A stretch of 64,000 nucleotides of DNA from an uncultured delta proteobacterium (GCA_963761335.1 CAVXGR010000005.1:1-64000), one strand, 5' to 3'; shown: positions 53,043 to 64,000, counted from the stretch's first letter. The notes: a model not told the origin generated them from the letters alone. Program-made: numbers and translations.

Positions 53043-55638
53043 CGCGATCCTCCATCTGTAATCTCCGCGGCTCGCCGCCCGAGCACAGGCAAGGCATATC
53101 CAGACAGATCGGGGTCGGGGCGGAGGAATCTGCGGGGCAGCTTCTTCAGCTCGAGGATGTCGAGGAAGTGTTGCAGGCCGCAGCGGAAGAGCTCTCTGTC
53201 CAGGTCCACAAGCGAGCGCAGGTCGGGATGCTCGTTATTCTCCGGGTTCCAGACTCGGCATCTCGAGCCCACGAACGTATCTGTCTCCAGCAGCCCGTTC
53301 ACCGCGTGGCGGCCGGACTCGTTCGCGGCCTCCATGGTCGTCATGCGCGTATGTGTCGCCATGTACACGCCGGCGAAGACGAGGTTGCCGTAGTACACCT
53401 CGTATCCTCGATCCCCGTTGAGCCGTCCTGGCCGCTTGCGATACACGCCCGGTCGTGTGAGCAGGAATGGAGCCTTGTTTCTGTAGGGCTTCTCGGATTC
53501 ATCGAGGCAGAGGTTCTCGTCCAGATGGTAGAAGAGCGGAGGCGGCACGAGGCGATCCGTATTCGGAAGGGTGCGGCTTACCTGGTTCCAGACCTCCTCG
53601 GCGATCTCTTCTTTTGTACAGTGCCAAGCGACGCGTCCAAGCTTCTTGCTGGCGACGTGCCACGAGGTCATATCGACGGAGATGACGCCCCGATAGCCGT
53701 CCCACCAGCCACGCTTCCGTTGCCAGAACTGCGGCTGTGAGATGGATGAAAGACCCCACTCTGCATCCGAGTAGGCGATGTGCCCCTCGACACAGTGCAC
53801 GTCGCTGCCGAAGTAGTACTGGATGCCGCTCATGTGGGCGAACTCTCCACCGGGATGCGGCTGTGTCGGATCCCCGGTGTCGAAGCTCTCGATGCGGTCG
53901 AAGTCCTCGCCCTGCAGTCGCGATCCCCGGGCGTTGTGCTCGCGGATGATCTGCTGGATGCGATCCAGGGGCAAAGCGACGACGTAGTAGTCGCGAACGA
54001 GCACGGTGGTCTTCTTTTCGTCCTCGACATTCATCGGTTCCTGCGCCTCGTTGAAGTGCCGGCGAACCTTCGGCCAGATGGTCTGGTCGTCGAAGACGAT
54101 GAAGCCCTCGAGCGTTCCGTGGTTGAACTCGACACCTTGGCTCTCCAGGTAGCGGCGCCAGTGGTCCATCCACGCGAGGCTGGTGGGCCCATTCAACGTG
54201 CCGTCGGTTCGTTCCCGATCGAGGAACTGGTCGAGGAACATCTGTGTCGAGATGTTGCCCTGCGTCCTGGCGTCGCTGTTCGTTGAGGTCTGCCCCAGCA
54301 GCGTCTGTGGCGTTGCCTCCAGGAAATGCCGGAAGAATCGCTGTAGCAATCACCCTCGACGAAGTCCCACCAGGAGAGGTCCTCGTACTCCGCCTCACGG
54401 CGGCCCGGACAGCTCGTCATGTACTTGAAGAGCTTAAGTTCGAAGCGGCCGAGGTCGGCGAGCGTGAAGCCCATGTTGCGGAAGACCTTGTCGATGGCGT
54501 CGAAGAGCCTGGCCGTCTTCACCCGTTGACGCGGGAACTTGAACGATTTGCGGGGATCGTCGAAGAAGAAGCCCTGGTAGCGCGTAGGAAGGATGTTGTC
54601 CAAGACGGTACGGGGTGTCTGGACGTAGATGTCCTCGTCTTGCGCTACGGGGGTACGCCCCATCGTATCGAACACATGACGGTAGAAGGAGGGGAAGAAG
54701 CGAACCCGTGCTCGCCCGGGATCCAATCTTGGCGGAAGCGGAAGGTAACGTAATCTCGATCCTTCGGCAGCTTGCTCCAGTCGTCACGGTACCCATAGCC
54801 GAAGGGCAGATGCGAAGCCTCTTGGCGTCGATACCGAGACAAATCAACACGAGCGCGGCCAGATGGGCGAAGTAAAGGTCCCAACGCCTGCTTACCTCGT
54901 TCCCGCATTTGATCGCCGACCCGACTTGGTCCAAATCGAACTCGGTCGCAACCGGTTGGACGGGCTGGGCGAAAAAGCCGATCACGTCGACTACGAAGGC
55001 GGCATTGCAGATCTGATCGCACACGTGGCATAGATCACGAACATCGTCCGCTTCGCGAAGGACTCCTTTGTAGGAGTTCATCTCTTTGCCGCTCTTGAAC
55101 TCATCGATGGCTCGTCTAATCTTGTCGCGATTCGCGGTGATCGTGCTCCAGTCTGGTCCTGTCTCGACGGGTTGCTGACCAGCATATTGTGAGTGGTATT
55201 GGTCCGAAGGGTCACGCAAGGAGAAATCGATCTGCTGGAGTAGCCCGCTGTCCAATCGTTGCGTGGACATCATGGGGTTACCCGCGGTGGACGGCAGTGG
55301 CCGCGGAACGCTACTCCATTGCGTTCGTGCACACCTCCGACGGCGCAGACGCCGCCGATCATCTCGTCCATGGGCGACGGCTTCGCTGCCTCGTACACCT
55401 CGACGCGATAGCCGCGCTCGATGAGCTCGTGCGCTGCCGTCAATCCCGCGATTCCGGCGCCGAAGATGGCGACGCGTTTCCTGGTTTCTGATGCTTTCAG
55501 TTTGAACAACGGCGGCAGCGCGTCCTTGTAGTGCGGGGGAACGCAAGAATCCTGTACCTCACACTCCTCTTTGGTCGACTCGGGCCGATTCCTTGCCATC
55601 TTCTCTTCTCTTTCTCGATTCCCCTGTTCGCTTGCCAT
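53039..55638 (-). pseudogene. Large FAD-dependent oxidoreductase (amine oxidase/phytoene desaturase-like), frameshifted
   Basis: VAIFGAGIAGLTAAHELIERG.RVEVYE; PGEHGF/RFFPSFY; LNGPT; NLVFAG...TMEAANESGRHAVN spread over several frames. Confidence 0.8.
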
Positions 55639-56107
55639 TCATAGCCTCCCTTCTGACAATCGTCCGTCGCGACTTGTCGGCGCAGCGTCGCATCTCCCCT
55701 CGGCGGAGACATTTCGGAATCGGCGCAGGAGCGCCGGAAATGCCGGAGCGCGCATGGCCCCGTGCAGGTAGGTGATCAGTCCGTCGTGAAACCGGGCCAC
55801 GTCGGCCGGCGTACCGCGCAGGAGAAGCAAATCGTCAATGACGGCGCCGGTGCAGGGTAAGCTCGGCGCCGATGAGGGCCAGGATGGCCTCCCGGCTCGT
55901 TTGCACCTCGACGGCCGGCTCCGGCGACGGCGGCCGTCGCTGGACCCGATCGCGCTCGAATTCCAAGCACACAACCTCTTTCCCGACGGCGATCTTCACG
56001 CGCATGCGCGACAGGCAGCGGCACATGCCCCCGTAGAATTCCGGCACCTCGCTCTCGAGCAGAGCGAGGGACTCCAGAAGAAAGTCGGTGAAGCCGAGTT
56101 CAGGCAC
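55639..56107 (-). CDS. Hypothetical SCP2/sterol-carrier-like protein (one frameshift)
   Basis: VEVQTSREAILALIGAELTL / DDLLLLRG..ADVARFHDGL..YL.GA.RAP; GTG start overlaps the upstream stop. Confidence 0.5.
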
Positions 56108-57179
56108 GGATGAACTCCAGAATGGACCGCCCCGCGAAGCAGATGTCCTCGCCACCGATGCGCCCGCGCACCGCCGACCGCGCCGATACCTCGTTGAAGA
56201 TGGTGACGCCCAGACGTGCCTCGCTCGGAATCAACACCTGGGCGACGTGACGCGGCTCGCCTGGACCTCCACCCAGCCCGAGGCGCCGCGTGCCTCAACG
56301 GAGAGGGAGGACGGCACGTCGCACGGGGTCTCCGGTGCGATCAGTGCCATCGGGCGCGGCACCTTGAAGACTCGCCGGCAACGCCGAGCTCGGACCGAGG
56401 GTCAGGCGCAGATCGGACTCGCGGAACAGGGCGTGTAGCGAATCTCGGCGCCAGACGAGCATCTGCTGCGCCAGGGCGCGTGTCCGCGAGCGGTTCGTCA
56501 GGCGCACGAAGGTGAGGCACCAGGGAACCGCATCGTCCTCGGGGAGGACGAAGCCCCATTCCCATGAAACGTCATGGCCCCAGAGGAACTCGCCCCAGTT
56601 GTGGTCGTGGTAGGTGGGCGCATTCCGCAGCACGTGATGGTGGGTCCCGATCGTCACCTCGCCGCTGGCGCGGAGGCGCGGCACGACGACCCAGTTGAGC
56701 GGCGGACCTTCGATCATCGGGATGCTGGGGACGAAAGCCGGCATGGTCGCGGGCTGGAGATCCAGATGCACCGTGACCGGCCGGTCCTCGAGGGCCACGT
56801 CGATGCGGAAGCGACCATCCTCGAAGCGCAGCCGATTCTCGCCGAGGGCCATGTCGATCCGGCCGCCGCGCACCCGGGTCCTGTCCGTCGGGAAGGTCTC
56901 GACGTCTCCGTCCCAATCGCGATCGCGCGCCAGCAGCACGAGGCGCGGGAACTCGCGGCCGGGGCGCGCGTGCGGGCGCGGATCGTCGCAGCAGCTGAAG
57001 TTCACCAACAGATCTAGGTCTTCGTCGAGAAGCACGAAGTGTTGCCATTCCTTGTGGCGCTGTGCCCCGCCCGCGATGGGAGAACGGCGAACGTAATCGA
57101 GGCGCGCGACCGCGTCGCCAATCGCATCGTAGTTCGCAAATGCCGCATCCGGAACGGCCGCCGAGACCGTGCTATTCAA
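56100..57179 (-). CDS. CrtC/AttH/tocopherol-cyclase-like beta-barrel protein (frameshifted near 3' end)
   Basis: HKEWQHF, W.VVPRL.ASG.V.IG, YHDHNWG.F.W, WEWG; C-terminus ...GRSILEFIRA* in another frame. Confidence 0.6.
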
Positions 57180-57489
57180 GAAGCCTCCTGGGGACGCGTG
57201 TCCCTGGTACTGGGGGCACTATCGGCTCATCGTGTCCCTGCTGGTGGACGACGGCGGTGGCGACGTGCAGGTCGAGCCGGCGGGCGAAGGAGACAGCTCC
57301 CGGCGCTGGAAAAAGCGCCGGATCCGTTTGCTCCCCGTCGGAAAGCTCCAGGCCCGCGGGACGACGGCCATAGCGCGCCAGCAGCTCTTCGAATCTCTTG
57401 GTCATCGAGATCAGGCCGAGGGTCACTTGTAGGAACATGTTGCGATCCTCGAACTCGTCTCCGACGCGGTGGACTTCCGGCGCGGCCAT
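57172..57489 (-). CDS. Hypothetical protein
   Basis: MAAPEVHRVGDEFEDRNMFLQVTLGLISM...; tight operon spacing. Confidence 0.5.
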   Translation of the reverse strand: MAAPEVHRVGDEFEDRNMFLQVTLGLISMTKRFEELLARYGRRPAGLELSDGEQTDPALFPAPGAVSFARRLDLHVATAVVHQQGHDEPIVPPVPGTRVPRRLLE

Positions 57490-57491
57490 CT

Positions 57492-57871
57492 TCACCTGCT
57501 TCTCGACAGAGAGAGCAGCAGGCGATCGAGATCCTCGCGCGTGACCGCCTGCACCACGGCGTCGAGGATGGCCGTCGGCAGCACCGTCCCGGGGCTGTCT
57601 TCGAGCAGGTTCAACGAGAGGCCCTCCCAGAGCGCGCGCCCACGCCGCACCAGCTCCGAGCCGGCGAGGGCCTCCTGCCACTGGTGCCCTTCCTCCGTCT
57701 GCGCGAACCGCCGCCCCTCCGCCACAAAGGTGGAAAAGAGCGCTTGCGCCGCGATGGGATGCTTGAGCACCAGCAGAGACAGCTGGCGAAGCGCCGCACC
57801 GAGAGCATCCTCTTCCGCACGAAGCCGAGGCAAGCCGTCCGACGACGCCGTGGTGGCGACATCTTCGACAC
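57492..57871 (-). CDS. Hypothetical helical protein (probable 5' frameshift)
   Basis: LVLKHPIAAQALFSTFVAEGRRFAQTEEG..W...L.GSELV.RGR.LWE. Confidence 0.6.
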
Positions 57872-57892
57872 GGAGGTCCTCGACCGCGGACC

Positions 57893-58852
57893 TCAGGTAG
57901 GCGCGCTCGCTTCACAGGTTCGGTCACCTCGAGCTTCAGGTGGAGAGCCACGCGGTCGCGGATCAGGCAATAGGTCTCTCCTTGGTACTTGCCACTGGCC
58001 GCAGTGTCAGCCACTCGGACGGTCAACTTGAGCTCGGTCGTGCCGGGAGGAACGTCGGCCGCGGCCGGCATCTCGACGTCGAGGGTGGCAGCATCCGAGC
58101 ACAGGACGAGTGGCAGAGAGCGCAATGGCGCCGTGCTCTGGAAAGGGTTCGTCAGACGGAACGCCAGCTCCTTGGACTGACCCTTGTCGATCCGCATGGA
58201 ATGGGACGCCGTCTGCGTCGACGGCGCCACGCTGACCTCCACCGCCAGCAGCCCGACGACGCGATCTCGCACCAGGACGTAGCTCTCGCCGAGGTAGCGA
58301 CCGTCCTCGGCGCCCAGACCGACCTCGATCACCAGCTCGAGGCGGGCGCTCTTGCCGGGCTCGAGAACGGGCTCCTCGCCCTCGTGGCGGTGTACGTGCG
58401 ACTGGCGCAGCCACATGCAGCCGGGCGGAGAGGATCTTGCCGTCCGAGGTCTTGAGCGCCGGCGTAGTGAAGCGCACGACGGCGGCCTGGTCGTATGGGT
58501 TCTCCACGACGAACGAAGCGCCGGTGACGTCTCCGGGGCGCGCCGTCATGCGCAACGGCACTCGCGGAGTACTCTTCGCGGGCGGGTCACACGCTCTCCC
58601 TTCGGGGTCGAGGCACATCGAGTCGGCGACGCGCTCGAGGCCGTGGGCGCTGAGCTTGATCCACTGCTCGTAGCTGCGCAGCGACAGGCGCGCCAGATCG
58701 AATAGAAGGTCGCCGCCTCGCTTGCCGGAGCCCGAGGGCGGCGATTTTGCGTCCTGCAGAAGCCGGAGAAACTGAACCGTGTTGTCGCGTTGCAGCTTCT
58801 CGATCCTCTCCAGGAAATCGGCGTCGTTGCGGATGTCATCATCGTGCGGCAT
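57893..58852 (-). CDS. Hypothetical protein with two Ig-like beta domains (frameshifted; 3' end approximate)
   Basis: GGAGG RBS; repeated F.V.NP / FRLTNP...G.Y.GE.Y..R units in two frames. Confidence 0.55.
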
Positions 58853-58871
58853 GAGTGCTTTACCTCCAGGC

Positions 58872-60057
58872 TCAGCGATCGCGAGCCACGACAAAATCGA
58901 CCAGACCCTCGAGAAAGCTCCGATGGACCGAGGACTCGAGCCAGGTCAACCGGCCCAGCACGGTGGCGGCCCTCTCCGCCAGGCCAAGCGCCACGCGGCG
59001 GGCGTACTCGATGCTGCCGTAGCGCTCGATCAAGCTCTGCAGAGCGTGAATGTCTTCTTCGGTCTTCGTCTCGACCGCGAAAGCGGCTGAATGCTCGCGG
59101 AGGGCGTTTTCGATCACCCGCCGCCCCTTCGCCGTCAGGTCGCCGCTCTTCTGCATCCGGCGAAAAGCGCCGACGACGTCGTTGAAGCCGTCGGTGCCTT
59201 CTCTGCAGGGTACCGCCGTCGTTGGCCGCGCCTTGGCGAGAATGGCACAGGCTCTGTCGCGCTCGCACTGCGAGGCGCTTCGCATCATGTGCATCAGGAT
59301 CAACATCTCTTGTTACCCTTCCCACAAGTCCCCGGCGATTTCCTTGCCGTAAACGGCAACCTCGGCGCTGAGGTTGAGGATGTCATCCTGAGCCTGAAAG
59401 GCGACGCCCAAGAGCGCCGCGAGCTTTCGCAGCGCAACGAGCTGGCTGGCATCGGCACCGGCGATGATACCGCCAATGAGCATGGGAGCGACGAAGGTGT
59501 AGCAGCTGGTCTTCTTGTAGACCATGCGGATGTAGTCGGCATCGCGCAGCTCCCAGCTCTGACGGCGGATCCAGTCCAGCTCCAGCGCCTGCCCTTCCGC
59601 CGATTCGCGCGCCATTCGAGCGACAACCTCCATGACGCGCAAGGCCTTGCCGAGACCGATCGTCTGCATGTTGTCGAGCAGGGGCTGTAGGGCCAGAGCC
59701 AGCATGGCGTCGCCGACGTTGACGGCGATCGGAATGCCGTGGCTGCCGTGCAGCGTCGGCGCGTCACGCCGGCTCTCGGAGCCGTCCTCGACGTCGTCGT
59801 GAATCAAAAAGGCGTTGTGGTAAAGCTCGAGAACAGCGGCGGAGCGCAGGACGTGTTCGAGAGAGCCGCCGAGCGCACGGCAGGTAGCGATGCACGGCGC
59901 CGGCCGGAGCCCTTTCGAAGTGCGCAATGGGTAATCGAGAATCAAGTCGTACAGAACCGACTGATAGCGATGCGAGCGTGGCAAGAGTTCGCCGGATTTC
60001 CTCGACGGAGAGATGTCGACAATCCGACAGATAGGCGTCGATCTCCGCGTCAGTCAT
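58872..60057 (-). pseudogene. Polyprenyl (GGPP-type) synthetase, frameshifted
   Basis: KGLRP, ELYHNAFLIHDDVED (FARM), GQALEL, KT..Y, FQ.QDD (SARM), GDLWEG; split over three frames. Confidence 0.88.
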
Positions 60058-60227
60058 ACCACCTTGCGCCTTCATGGAAAGAGCGGCCGATAGCACAACG
60101 GTCATGCGAGCCTCAAGGGTCAGTCATCGCCGTCTGTCTTCGCGGTGCTCCGTCATTGCGAACTCGTCGGTCGGCGCTGGGCTCGCGGGCTCCGCGCCGC
60201 GCGAGCTGGGACCCGTGCGTCTATTGA

Positions 60228-60449
60228 TCATTCACCATCCTTGTCGGCCCCCCCTCTCAATATTCCGAGCCGCCCGGCGACCCGACGCAGGAACTCGAGC
60301 AAGGCGTCGCCGGAGTCGAAGTCGACGTCGTCGCCGGACCAGATGTGCTCCACTCTGCCGACCACCTCATGCGCGCGTACGGTGACGATGCGGACCAGAA
60401 ACGTGCACTGCGCCGAGCGGCTCTTCGGGTCATTGAGGCCGTCGCTCAT
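60228..60449 (-). CDS. Small hypothetical protein, first gene after the sigma-54 promoter
   Basis: FLVRI...GRVEHI.SG....F.....LLEFL. Confidence 0.55.
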   Translation of the reverse strand: MSDGLNDPKSRSAQCTFLVRIVTVRAHEVVGRVEHIWSGDDVDFDSGDALLEFLRRVAGRLGILRGGADKDGE

Positions 60450-60505
60450 ACTCGCGTCAGGGGCTGAAGCGTGTCGTGGTCTGGCGATCCCATGATGCCC
60501 GTCGG

Positions 60506-60521
60506 AGCAATCGGTGCGCCA
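60506..60521 (-). promoter_or_regulatory. Sigma-54 (-24/-12) promoter
   Basis: TGGCGCACCGATTGCT on the minus strand (GG-N10-GC), between the operon and the divergent activator. Confidence 0.75.
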
Positions 60522-60646
60522 CGGTCGGTGCGCCTTCCGGGGCGGGTGCCGTGCGGAAGCGCTTTCCGCCATTCCGGACGGTGGGCCCCCGGCGCGGTTG
60601 TGGAGCGGATGCGAATCGCATACATCAGGGCAAATCGATCACCACC

Positions 60647-62178
60647 ATGTCGAGCGGCACTGGAGAGCCAAGCAAGATCCGGAAGGAGCGGGATTTCTAC
60701 ATCCGGCTCCTGGATCTTGCCGACCACGATGATCTGGACGAACTGCTGCGCGAGGCCCTGAGCCTGATCGTCGAGATCAGCGAAGCGCGCCAAGGCTACC
60801 TCGAGGTCGTCGACGAAGAGGGGAGCGGCGAAGCCCGCTGGTCGATCGCCCATGGTCTCTCGGCTGCGGATCTGCAGAATGTCCGCCAGACGCTTTCGCG
60901 CGGGATCATCGCCGAGGCGATGACCTCGGGGCGGACGATCACGACCCCGTCGGCGCTGCTCGATTCGCGCTTCGCCGACCGCGACAGCGTGCGGCTCCGA
61001 CAGATCGAGGCGGTGCTCTGCACGCCGATCAGGCCAGGATCCGCCGCGGGGAGTCCTCTATCTCGAAGGGGCCGCCGGCACCTCCTTGTTCTCGGATGAC
61101 GGTCAGGCGCGGGCGGAGCTGTTCGCTCGCCGACTGGAGCCGTACGTCGACCGCCTGCTCGCCCGACGTCGTGCCGAGCAGCACGGGGACCGCACCCTGC
61201 CGGCGCGGGCAAAGCTGCGCCTGGACGGGGTCGTCGGTCGCAGTGCGGCGCTGGCCGGAGACGGTGCCCTCGACCAGATCGCCATGGTTGCTCGGCTCGA
61301 GGTGGCGGTGCTGTTCAGCGGCGAATCGGGTACCGGCAAGACGCAGCTGGCCCAGGTGATCCACGACAACAGCGCTCGCGCCGCGGGTCCCTTCGTGCAG
61401 CTGAACTGCGCGGCGCTGCCCGAGACCCTGATCGAGAGCGAGTTCTTCGGCGCGCTCCCCGGGGCCCATTCCACGGCGACCCGGCGGGTCGAGGGGAAGA
61501 TCGCGGCCGCCGAGGGCGGCACCCTGTCCTCGACGAAGTCAGCAGATTTGCCACTCGCCTCTCAGGGCAGACTCCTCGAGGTCCTGCACTCGAAGCGATA
61601 CTATCCGCTCGGCAGCGGCAGCCCAGAACGCGTCCGCGGGACGTCCGGGTGATCGCGGCGACCAACGTCGACCTCGAGCGCGCCGTGGCGGAGCGCACCT
61701 CCGCCAGGATCTCTTCTACCGCCTCCACGTGCTCCCCATTCGCGTCCCCTCGCTCGCCGAGCGCAAGGAGGACATTGGAGCGCTGGCGGATCGCTTCTGC
61801 GAGATCGCCTGCGGACGCCACGGGTTGCCGCGCTTGACGCTGTCGCACAATGCGCGCCGGGCGGCCGAAGCGGCTGCCTGGCCGGGCAACGTGCGGCAGC
61901 TGAGCCATGCGATCGAGGCGGCCGTCATCCGCGCCGCCGGCGCCGACGCGACGGAGATCGGTGTCCGCCACCTCTTTCCCGAGGCGCAGGAGCCTCCCGC
62001 CTCCGCTGGCAGGCCGACGTTTCAAGAGGCGACTCGGCGATTCCAGCGCGAGCTGATCCAGGCGGCGCTCGAACGCAACCAGTGGAACGTGACCGATACG
62101 GCTCGAGAGCTCGACATGGCGCGTTCCCATCTCTACGGCCTCATCCGCGGTCTGGAAATCGTTCGCAGCGATCGGTGA
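60647..62178 (+). pseudogene. GAF - sigma-54 AAA+ - Fis HTH enhancer-binding protein, frameshifted
   Basis: GESGTGKT, LNCAALPE.LIESE.FG, IAATN, DLFYRL, WPGNVRQL, WNVT.TAR.L; split over at least four frames. Confidence 0.85.
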
Positions 62179-62218
62179 GGAGCATTCGCGTTCGTCGGTC
62201 ACACGCAGCGGGTGGCTC

Positions 62219-64000
62219 TCAGCTTCGCAGGTCGAAGTCTCGTTCCGCGAAGACCATGTCGACGAGGCGTTCTCCGGTGATTTGGTAGGATGTCCCCGTG
62301 AAGTCGTCGCGGACGCTCAGCGACAGATCCACCTGCGGGCACACGGCGTCTTTGAGAACTGCCTCCGGGGTGGTCCAGTAGACGAGGAGCTTCCTCTCCT
62401 GCGTCGACGAGTCGACCACGGAGGCGAGCTTTCTGATCTGCGGATGCTGCGGGCTCGAGTCGCGGAAGAGCGAGATCGCACCGTTGCACAGGTCGATCAC
62501 GAAGGAGTCAGGCTCGACTCGCCCGCGAATCATCCGCACCTCACCATCGATCTTCAGCTCGGCGACGTCGTCATACAAGGCGAGAGTCTTGATGACATTG
62601 AGCCTGCCGCCGTGGAACACGGCGTTGCTGAGATCCGCAGAAACGTCCGCCCCCTCGAGCACGCGTTGCTTCAGCTGATAGGGTTTGGCGCCGAGCCAGA
62701 AGGCGCGGAGCAGCGCACCGGTGAAGGACACCAGGGGCGCGGCGAAGGACGTCCCCGACACCTGCACTGGTGCGAATGCATTCACTGCGTCATCGTATCG
62801 GAGCACCTCCTGGCTGCAGCCGGGCGCGGCGATGTCGACGTAATCGCTGCCCCAGTTCGAGAATTTTGCCATGGAATGGCCATGATCCAGGGCGCCCACA
62901 GTGATAAGGTTGTCCCGACCCTCGTTGTCACCGCCGTAGCGCGCCGGGTACACGGACATCGTGGCGAGTGACGCCCCGTCGTTGCCGGCTGCAACCACAA
63001 ACAGCACGGAGCTCTGCCGTCCGAGCTGGTCCCTCACGGCACCCATGGGAACGGGGCGGCCGACACTGAGATTGAGGATCGCGTTGCGCGACTTGTCGAT
63101 GGCGTTGTTGAAGGCCTCCGTTCTGACCTCAATGCGCCGGCAGGCAGAGTGCTCCGTGACCGTACATGGACGCGGATCTTCTCGGAAGATGTTGATGGGA
63201 ATCAGCTTGAAGTCGAGGGGAAGCACGGGCAGGAGCTTCGCGAAATCGATGCCGCCCAGTGCCAGGGTCGCCACGAACGTCCCGTGCTGGCTCGACGGAG
63301 AACCGGCGATGGGAAAGTAGTCGACGGAATCGTTGAATCTCTCCTTCGGCGGGAACGGCGATCCGCCGTTCGTGTGCAAGCCCGTGTCCGCGATGATGAT
63401 CGTCACTCGGTCCGGGTCGGAGTCGAACCTGGACCGCAGCGCCTTCCGGTCGTCGGCCAATACCTGCAGTAGCTCGACGGTGTCGAACGGACGCTCCCCG
63501 GAAGGCGAACGGCAGGCCCCCCAGTGATCCAGCTCTGCCGCAGATAGGTTCGAGTACAGCTTGATCTCCTCCGGATCCTCGACCTTCACCGTCGACGGCG
63601 GCTGTCCGCCCTCGACGAGCAACTGCGGCAACCGAGCCGCGACCTCGGCAAACGGCTCGTTGAGGTCCAGCGACGTCCACACCGCCGGGGACGTGGGCAC
63701 GTTGACCGGCTTGCCTGCGGCAATGATCCCCGAGGTCGCGTATTGCGGGTTGAGCAAGGCGAAGGTGTCCAGATAGGTCGGAGATTCCACGCCTCGCACG
63801 ATATCCGCATCGCCGCCGGTGTCCCCGGCGAGCAGGTCGTGATCGCTGTACGACACCAGGGCGGGAACGGCGGAGGCGGATGCCGTGCCGGCGGAGGGGA
63901 TGGAGGTGCGGCGCGAGCGGAAGTCGCGGAAACCCGCGGGGTCGCTCTTGAAGAGCTTCCAGGGGATGTCGTCTGTTGCCGCTCTCTTCTTCCGCTCGAC
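62219..64000 (-). CDS. S8 (subtilase) serine peptidase, 5' end beyond the window
   Basis: IIADTG (Asp), QHGTFVA (His), AAGN, SGTSFAAP (Ser); frame open to 64000. Confidence 0.9.
   Translation of the reverse strand, partial: VERKKRAATDDIPWKLFKSDPAGFRDFRSRRTSIPSAGTASASAVPALVSYSDHDLLAGDTGGDADIVRGVESPTYLDTFALLNPQYATSGIIAAGKPVNVPTSPAVWTSLDLNEPFAEVAARLPQLLVEGGQPPSTVKVEDPEEIKLYSNLSAAELDHWGACRSPSGERPFDTVELLQVLADDRKALRSRFDSDPDRVTIIIADTGLHTNGGSPFPPKERFNDSVDYFPIAGSPSSQHGTFVATLALGGIDFAKLLPVLPLDFKLIPINIFREDPRPCTVTEHSACRRIEVRTEAFNNAIDKSRNAILNLSVGRPVPMGAVRDQLGRQSSVLFVVAAGNDGASLATMSVYPARYGGDNEGRDNLITVGALDHGHSMAKFSNWGSDYVDIAAPGCSQEVLRYDDAVNAFAPVQVSGTSFAAPLVSFTGALLRAFWLGAKPYQLKQRVLEGADVSADLSNAVFHGGRLNVIKTLALYDDVAELKIDGEVRMIRGRVEPDSFVIDLCNGAISLFRDSSPQHPQIRKLASVVDSSTQERKLLVYWTTPEAVLKDAVCPQVDLSLSVRDDFTGTSYQITGERLVDMVFAERDFDLRS

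Noticed and set aside
57172..58416. 414-aa ORF as a single protein
   Set aside because: Appears to be a frameshift-generated fusion across three genes; the middle part is out of frame with the coherent 57492..57833 protein
60124..60231. Tiny ORF between the leader gene and the prenyl synthase as a RiPP precursor
   Set aside because: No precursor features or RiPP enzymes in the operon; the region is indel-prone

Overview
GC-rich bacterial DNA. The gene content (hsaA/hsaC-like steroid/aromatic ring cleavage, an F420-dependent reductase, IPTL-CTERM/choice-of-anchor surface proteins with Thr-Pro linkers, many class III cyclases) suggests a Binatia/Myxococcota-like organism, but this is inference only. 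About 45 CDS or remnants are present. Highlights: (1) At 52.7-60.5 kb, a sigma-54-promoter-driven operon of a polyprenyl synthetase, several unknown proteins, a CrtC/lipocalin-like protein, an SCP2-like protein and a large FAD oxidoreductase with an unusual internal insertion. It is flanked by a divergent enhancer-binding protein with a non-canonical GAFTGA loop and a convergent Ser/Thr kinase-AAA-TPR protein. I read it as a candidate undescribed isoprenoid pathway, although the region is heavily frameshifted. (2) Two copies (one intact, one internally deleted) of a RAYT/Y1 HUH transposase element with bipartite terminal inverted repeats, bracketing a 3 kb segment whose two genes are both cut off at the element ends. 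(3) A nested MITE/REP structure at 38.3-38.8 kb, and a small palindromic element at 30.75 kb that truncates a gene. (4) Three type II TA modules, two of them interleaved with fragments of AAA-type adenylate cyclase genes. All calls come from motif recognition by eye; no database searches were run.
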